A stretch of 64,000 bases of DNA, from IMG/VR virus record IMGVR_UViG_3300049460_000123, positions 29,509-93,508 of that record; one strand, 5' to 3'. Below the pieces are notes generated by a model. That model worked only from the letters and a program-made list of their open reading frames with translations. It did no database searches and was not told the origin of the DNA. The position numbers were made by a program, and so were the translations under genes. The stretch is from a virus. Within the stretch, counting starts at the first letter, position 1, and every line of letters starts with the position of its first letter. Shown piece by piece: positions 59,254-64,000 of the stretch.

Positions 59254-59445
59254 TCAGAAGCCCCCGCCGAGCAGCGGCCCGCCGCCCGGGAATGCCTTGA
59301 CAAGATCCGCCGGCGCCTCCGTCGAGTCGTAGCCCTCGAGCCACCAGCGACCGCGATCACCATCCCACGGGCATGAACTGCGCGGACGCCCGTGCGCCTT
59401 TGCCATTGCGCCGACGCGGCGCGTTAGATCCTGGTCTTCTGTCAT
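59254..59445 (-). CDS. Rmf/CrpP-fold small protein
   Basis: G..AKAHG.P..SCPW.....WWLEGYD. Confidence 0.55.
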   Translation of the reverse strand: MTEDQDLTRRVGAMAKAHGRPRSSCPWDGDRGRWWLEGYDSTEAPADLVKAFPGGGPLLGGGF

Positions 59446-59732
59446 GGAGAAATCCTCACGCTGCAGGAAACGCCGCCGAGGCCCGTCGGGCACTGAGCCT
59501 GCGCACACGAATAGCTCATGATTGGCGAAAGCGCGATACCGCACTTTGGGCAGCGCTGCTCGCCGATGCTCGGTAGCGGAAAGCCGGGCGTCATTGGTGG
59601 GAACTGCCAGTCGACCGGCAAAGGTTGAGTCGCAGGCTTAGCTTCGATGGGACCAATCGCGCGGCGCGCATTGCGCTCGCGCTCCAGCTCAGCGACGCGT
59701 CGCTCGAGATCTGCAATACGGTCCTCGCTCAC
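59442..59732 (-). CDS. Hypothetical Zn-ribbon protein
   Basis: CPKCG....MSYSC....CP. Confidence 0.55.
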   Translation of the reverse strand: MSEDRIADLERRVAELERERNARRAIGPIEAKPATQPLPVDWQFPPMTPGFPLPSIGEQRCPKCGIALSPIMSYSCAQAQCPTGLGGVSCSVRISP

Positions 59733-60022
59733 GGCGCCACCGATGCGGCGAGATCGTAGGCCGAGCCGATCGGCGCAACCAGCAGCGCGCCATCCTCGCC
59801 GAGCAGCGGCGCGGGCACCGGGCGGACTGCGTCGCCGTAAAGGCCCCCGGGCGGGATCAGCGTGTTGCCCTTGATCTCGAAATCGACCGTCATGCCGGCC
59901 CGGTTCGTCGGGTGGATGTAGAAACGCACGCTGCCGTCGGAAACGGACGCGCGCAGCGAAAAGTCGATTGCGCCGCTATTCGCGAGCTCGTCGCGCAGGT
60001 ATTGCTCGAGGGTTTGACTCAT
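59729..60022 (-). CDS. Hypothetical protein
   Basis: IDFSLRA...FYIHP....G.T.DF...GN.L; GGAG SD. Confidence 0.65.
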   Translation of the reverse strand: MSQTLEQYLRDELANSGAIDFSLRASVSDGSVRFYIHPTNRAGMTVDFEIKGNTLIPPGGLYGDAVRPVPAPLLGEDGALLVAPIGSAYDLAASVAP

Positions 60023-60558
60023 GGGTTCTCCGTTGCCGGCCGATCGTTGGCCGCCTTGACCATCTGCTTTAAACTCCCGTGCCAAGCGCCATAGCGCTCG
60101 ACTTCGGAAACGAATGCGACGACGTCGTGCTCGACCAGGCCATAGACCGGCAGACCGTCGCGATCGAACTTCGGTGCGTCATACGCGTCTTTCTCTTGCT
60201 TGATATGCGCCAGCTCGTGCCACAGCAGCGCCTCGCGCTCGTGCTCGCTGGCGCCTTTCCAGAACTCGTGATCCAGGGTGATGATGAAACGCGGCATTGC
60301 GCCGAAGAACGACCGGAGGAGCATCTCGAACAGGTCTTTCAGGTGCCCTTGCACCTTTGGCTCGTGCACCATGCCGAGGATCTGCTTGCCGCCCTTGAGC
60401 TTGACCTCAGTCTTGAACAGGTACTCGATATGCACCTCGTTCTCTTTCAGGTGCTTGTGCTCGTCCTGCAGCATGTGCCGCTCAGCGATGATCGCCGGAT
60501 GCAACTCCCCTTCCGGGACGAGGTACGGCTCGAAATATTCGATGTCGCTCATCGGCAC
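60019..60558 (-). CDS. Putative phage metallopeptidase
   Basis: ALLWHELAH...HDV..F...V.RYG.W; start could be 60552. Confidence 0.8.
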   Translation of the reverse strand: MPMSDIEYFEPYLVPEGELHPAIIAERHMLQDEHKHLKENEVHIEYLFKTEVKLKGGKQILGMVHEPKVQGHLKDLFEMLLRSFFGAMPRFIITLDHEFWKGASEHEREALLWHELAHIKQEKDAYDAPKFDRDGLPVYGLVEHDVVAFVSEVERYGAWHGSLKQMVKAANDRPATENP

Positions 60559-60653
60559 GCCATCCGGCCGTATGCGTAGATCGCGCCGAGCACGAACGAG
60601 ACAACGGCGGCCGCTTGGACCGCAGCGATCAACCAGTCGAATAATTTGCCCAT
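60549..60653 (-). CDS. 34-aa membrane peptide
   Basis: GGAGG SD after the late promoter at 60687. Confidence 0.45.
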   Translation of the reverse strand: MGKLFDWLIAAVQAAAVVSFVLGAIYAYGRMACR

Positions 60654-60687
60654 TGCCTGCACCTCCGCTATGCAGGCAATGATCACG

Positions 60688-61050
60688 TCACGACCGCATG
60701 CCGACATCCCAATCTGTCGCCGCCTCGAGATCCTCGAGGGAGGCTTGCCGCAGTGAGACGACCGGCGACTTGCCGTAGACCGCTTTCCACGCGAGCTCGA
60801 ACGCATCCAGATCGCCCGGCGCATTCGCCACCATCGGCGCGACAATGGGCCGCCGGTTCCGTATGCACTCGCGCACCTCCGACAGGCCGCGATAGTGCCG
60901 GCCGCTTGCGAAAGCCTCGAGGTGATCGAGCGCCGTGCATACATCCGGAAACTCCGCCATCCAGCGCCGGACTTGTCTGCACTCGACACGCCAGCGCTCG
61001 AGCTCCGCCACCTCGCGCCCGGCCACGAGACGCCGCAGCCAGCCGATCAT
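60688..61050 (-). CDS. Hypothetical protein
   Basis: WLRRLVAGRE..EL.RW...WMAEF. Confidence 0.55.
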   Translation of the reverse strand: MIGWLRRLVAGREVAELERWRVECRQVRRWMAEFPDVCTALDHLEAFASGRHYRGLSEVRECIRNRRPIVAPMVANAPGDLDAFELAWKAVYGKSPVVSLRQASLEDLEAATDWDVGMRS

Positions 61051-61177
61051 GCCGGCCGCCGCTTGACGTACACCTCGACCGGCCCGAGCTCGATCACAGC
61101 CTGCCCGCGCGGCGCGCGCCAGATCCCGAAGCGCCAGCACGACAGGTCGCACCAGACGAGTTTGAGAGTGCGGCCCT

Positions 61178-61558
61178 TCATGCCGGCACCGCCGCGCTAC
61201 TGACTGACAGGCAGTCCGCCTTGATCCGCACCGTTCCGTCGGTCAAGATCATCACCTCCGCGCCGGTTGCGGCGATCGTCGGCGCCGACGCGGCGCGCAG
61301 GTGATCGATTTCCATCTTGAGCGCGCCCTGCGTCATCTGGAGGATTTGGATCTCGAAGGATTTGCGCGCTAACTCAGCCTCGAGCGCGGCCGCGCGTTGC
61401 GCCGGCTCGCTTGCCCGCCCTTCTGCACAGCGCAGGAGTTCGCGCACAGTGTCTGCCTCCGCGACTGCCTCACGCAGCACATCGCGGCGGACGATCAACA
61501 TCGTATGCAACGGCTCATTGTCGAGGTGCGCGCGGATATGCTCGATTGCTTGACCCAT
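61178..61558 (-). CDS. Hypothetical coiled-coil protein
   Basis: AAGGGAG SD directly after element copy 8. Confidence 0.6.
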   Translation of the reverse strand: MGQAIEHIRAHLDNEPLHTMLIVRRDVLREAVAEADTVRELLRCAEGRASEPAQRAAALEAELARKSFEIQILQMTQGALKMEIDHLRAASAPTIAATGAEVMILTDGTVRIKADCLSVSSAAVPA

Positions 61559-61575
61559 CTGAAATCTCCCTTACA

Positions 61576-61669
61576 TGCGCCCGATCAGCGCCCGGCGACG
61601 GCGTGAAACTCAGGAAACCCGCTCCACGTATGGGCGCGCGGGGAATGTGAAACAGATCTACTGTCTGTT
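61576..61669 (-). repeat. Bipartite module-boundary element, copy 8
   Basis: Minus strand AACAGAC-agtag-ATCTGTT; GGGCGC-tgatc-GGGCGCA at offset 76. Confidence 0.85.
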
Positions 61670-61991
61670 AGTCTGGACGACGGCTAAACCAGACCGTCTC
61701 ATCGGGCGCCATGATCGAGAACGAATGCTGGCAGCAGCGCTCCATGATCTTTTCGCCCAGCTCGCGCGCCTTCAAAAAGATCTCCTCCGGCGACGCAGGG
61801 AAGCGCGGATAGTTGATCAGCCCCACGACGGCGCCGGCCTCCTCACCGCCCGTGTAGACGTACGTAGTCGGATCCACCGTGACGCACAGGCCAACGGCCA
61901 TGCAATGCTCACGGCAAACCTGCTTGATCGTCGCCAGATCGCCGGCGATGTAGATGCGTGCCCAGTACGTAGGCGCTTGTTCGATTTTCAT
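61668..61991 (-). CDS. Conserved phage hypothetical protein
   Basis: CVTV.PT.YVYTGGEE.G..VGLINYPRFP. Confidence 0.7.
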   Translation of the reverse strand: MKIEQAPTYWARIYIAGDLATIKQVCREHCMAVGLCVTVDPTTYVYTGGEEAGAVVGLINYPRFPASPEEIFLKARELGEKIMERCCQHSFSIMAPDETVWFSRRPD

Positions 61992-62962
61992 TCGCAGAGT
62001 CCATAAATTGAGGTGCAAAGCGCAGCGCCTTCCTGCTCGCCATCCACGCGGAAAATGTCGTACTGACGGCCGCCGCGCCCGGTCTTTGCCCATTCGATCG
62101 CCTGCCAGGCGCCGTGGGTCGCGAGCGATATGTCGGCGCTGTCTGATGTCTGCTGCGGGCCGGCCAACTGCGCCGTCGCGAAGAAAGTCGCCATGTCGCG
62201 CTTGCTAGCCTCGCCGACGATAAATTCCCACTCGGCCACGCGGTCGATCTCTTCAGGGAAGCGCATGCCGATCTCAAGTAGTTCATCTTTGCGCGCGTGA
62301 ATACACGGCATGCAACCGACGCGGCCCATTCCCAATTTGTAAAGCGGGTTCGGCTCGATGCCGTGTTTGCGATGCATGGCGAACACTTCGTCAACTGTCC
62401 ATTGCAAGATCGGTCGGTAATTCCACAGTTCCGCCCCGGTGTTGGCGTCAATCTCTTTGCACTCGTTTTCCGGCAGATAGCGGCGATTCTCACTCTCATC
62501 GGCCCGCACTCCCTGCCAGCTAATGACGTCGTCCCCAGCGTCGAGAAGCGGACGCTGCACTTGGGCAATGATCGGGTTTCGCTTTAGTTCTTCAGAGCAG
62601 AAACGGGCTTTCGTCGACGGGAATCGACCTTTCCAGATGCACAGGTCGAGAAACGGATTGCCGGTCGGCTTCATAACCGCCAGTGCGCGCAACACCTTCT
62701 CTTCCGCGATGCCCTGCTCACGCCACTTTTCGGCAATGAACGTGGCCTTGTTAGCGATGCGTTCGGCAAAGTCGGCCTTAATCGTGCGGATCGGGAATAC
62801 GTTGTCGTTCAGGTATTGGACGTATTTGATCGTCGCCGGGTGCTCATGCCCGGTATCCGCGAACACGGCCGACAGGTTTTCAGCGCCGCGCTCGATCGCC
62901 AGAAGCAAGAGCGCAGTCGAGTCCTTGCCGCCGGAGACCGACACGATGTTGTGATCGCTCAT
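61988..62962 (-). CDS. PAPS reductase-family protein
   Basis: SVSGGKDS, FADTGHE, RFCSEELK, GVRADES, RVGCMPC. Confidence 0.88.
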   Translation of the reverse strand: MSDHNIVSVSGGKDSTALLLLAIERGAENLSAVFADTGHEHPATIKYVQYLNDNVFPIRTIKADFAERIANKATFIAEKWREQGIAEEKVLRALAVMKPTGNPFLDLCIWKGRFPSTKARFCSEELKRNPIIAQVQRPLLDAGDDVISWQGVRADESENRRYLPENECKEIDANTGAELWNYRPILQWTVDEVFAMHRKHGIEPNPLYKLGMGRVGCMPCIHARKDELLEIGMRFPEEIDRVAEWEFIVGEASKRDMATFFATAQLAGPQQTSDSADISLATHGAWQAIEWAKTGRGGRQYDIFRVDGEQEGAALCTSIYGLCE

Positions 62963-63288
62963 GCCGGCACCGCCTCGCCATCGACGACCGTAGCCTCGAC
63001 GTCGACCGTGTGCGGATTCGCCCACGGATCGGTCCCGTCCATCCGCTTGTAACCCTCGACGAATGCCTTCATCGGCGAGTACGAGCGATAGCCGTCCGCG
63101 TACACCACAAAATAGCCGCCAGCCTGCGGCCGATGTTTCTCGACGTACTCGCGATCGACCGCAAACGGCGCGTAGCCCTCGTCGGCCGGCACGATCGTCA
63201 ACGTGTCGACGTTGATCTCTGCGATCTTGAGTGCCCACACCATCTTGCTGCAGACGTAGCGCGGCATTTCCCGCATGGCTTGGTTCAT
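62959..63288 (-). CDS. Conserved phage protein (GY.V.Y.DGY.S.SP...F..GY)
   Basis: Motif as named; AAGGAG SD. Confidence 0.7.
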   Translation of the reverse strand: MNQAMREMPRYVCSKMVWALKIAEINVDTLTIVPADEGYAPFAVDREYVEKHRPQAGGYFVVYADGYRSYSPMKAFVEGYKRMDGTDPWANPHTVDVEATVVDGEAVPA

Positions 63289-63361
63289 CGTTTCTCCTTG
63301 GATTTAGTAGTCCTACGCGGCCGGCGCGAAGGCCATCACACGCCGGGCGAAGGTTGAATGA

Positions 63362-64000
63362 TCAGATCACGACTTCATCGTCAAACAGGTGTTGTTGTGC
63401 GCGTTCCGCACGCAGCGCGGCCGCGCATGCTGGGTTGATCCAGACGGTCTCCGTGCGCGCCCGAGCACCGTCAGCCATCGTCGAACGCTCGTATTGCTCC
63501 CAATCGCCGTATAGTTCGCTGTACAGGTCGCACGAATAACCGGAAAGCACGACCATTCCGACGAGACCACGCACTGTCTCAGACATCGCGCGATGGTCGG
63601 TATCGGTCATTTCGTGCCGGTAATCCGCGCCGCGATCGCGCGTAGCAGCGACATACGGCGGATCGAGATAGAACAACGTCGACGGGCTATCCTGCTCAAC
63701 CATTAGCCCTAGCGCGTCCCGGTTTTCGATCACGACGCCACGCAGGCGTTCCACGACCAAGCGCAGCGCGTCCGGATAGTTCCGCCAGTCTGTACACGGC
63801 GATGTGCCAGAGGCGCGCGAATGCCGCCGAAATCCCGTAGGGCGGTTGTGCGAGTTACTGCCATGCCCAAGAAACGACCGGATGATCGTACGGCGAGCCT
63901 GCTCGAGCTCATCGTCAGCCATCACATACGACTGCACGAATTCGGCTCGTGCGAATGGCGTCAGCTCGAGTGCCTGCACTAACTCCTCGCCGCGCGTCCG
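63362..64000 (-). CDS. DNA adenine methyltransferase (Dam/D12 class), 5' end outside window
   Basis: V.IENRDA...DSP.TLFYLDPPY...Y.HEM...VVLSGY. Confidence 0.9.
   Translation of the reverse strand, partial: RTRGEELVQALELTPFARAEFVQSYVMADDELEQARRTIIRSFLGHGSNSHNRPTGFRRHSRASGTSPCTDWRNYPDALRLVVERLRGVVIENRDALGLMVEQDSPSTLFYLDPPYVAATRDRGADYRHEMTDTDHRAMSETVRGLVGMVVLSGYSCDLYSELYGDWEQYERSTMADGARARTETVWINPACAAALRAERAQQHLFDDEVVI

Larger units (their letters stand above)
603..63373. promoter_or_regulatory. Family of 18 late promoters GTCGTGA[CT]-N2-NANNNT (span of the family)
   Basis: Copies at 603, 4958, 7350, 14033, 14050(+), 20432, 25397, 30768, 32705, 33356, 35722, 50761, 52417, 53148, 55817, 58659, 60687, 63366. 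Confidence 0.85.

Noticed and set aside
39578-61669. Boundary elements as integron attC sites
   Set aside because: They overlap TAAC stops like attC, but lack the RYYYAAC...GTTRRRY ends and full-length hairpin symmetry. No IntI gene is present and the modules are multigene.
61988-62962. DndC phosphorothioation system or sulfate assimilation cysH
   Set aside because: No other dnd or cys genes nearby; it matches the stand-alone phage paralogue.

Overview
A 64-kb segment of a large temperate myovirus-type phage-plasmid. The host is probably a high-GC betaproteobacterium (Burkholderiaceae-like); this is inferred from composition and the XerD arm, not shown. 1-20.4 kb (mostly minus strand): contractile tail, baseplate, neck and head genes. 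The capsid, protease and tail chaperone show SPO1/Twort/A511-like features. 20.8-35.7 kb: SNF2 helicase, a polyvalent methyltransferase/LPD1 protein, InPase-domain protein, MuF and portal, with a candidate lytic origin at 25.4-25.75 kb. 35.8-46.4 kb (plus): early accessory genes. 46.5-50.5 kb: plasmid module with centromere-like repeats, ParA, RHH partner, iterons, Rep_3 initiator, Xer/dif-like site and a TA pair. 50.8-51.85 kb: about 1 kb of ORF-free structured RNA ending in tRNA-like units. 53-64 kb (minus): late FAD oxidoreductase, terminase subunits, PAPS-reductase-family protein and an adenine MTase. Three dispersed motif families are visible: (1) 18 late promoters GTCGTGAC-N2-NANNNT, half of them leaderless; (2) about 10 palindromic early operators; (3) eight copies of a ~95-bp bipartite element (AACAGAY-N5-RTCTGTT, fixed spacer, GGGCGC-N5-GGGCGC) lying at the borders of functional modules. 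The third is the best candidate for an undescribed system, possibly module exchange by site-specific recombination. No integrase, repressor or lysis genes were recognised in this window. Family names come from recalled motifs, not database searches.
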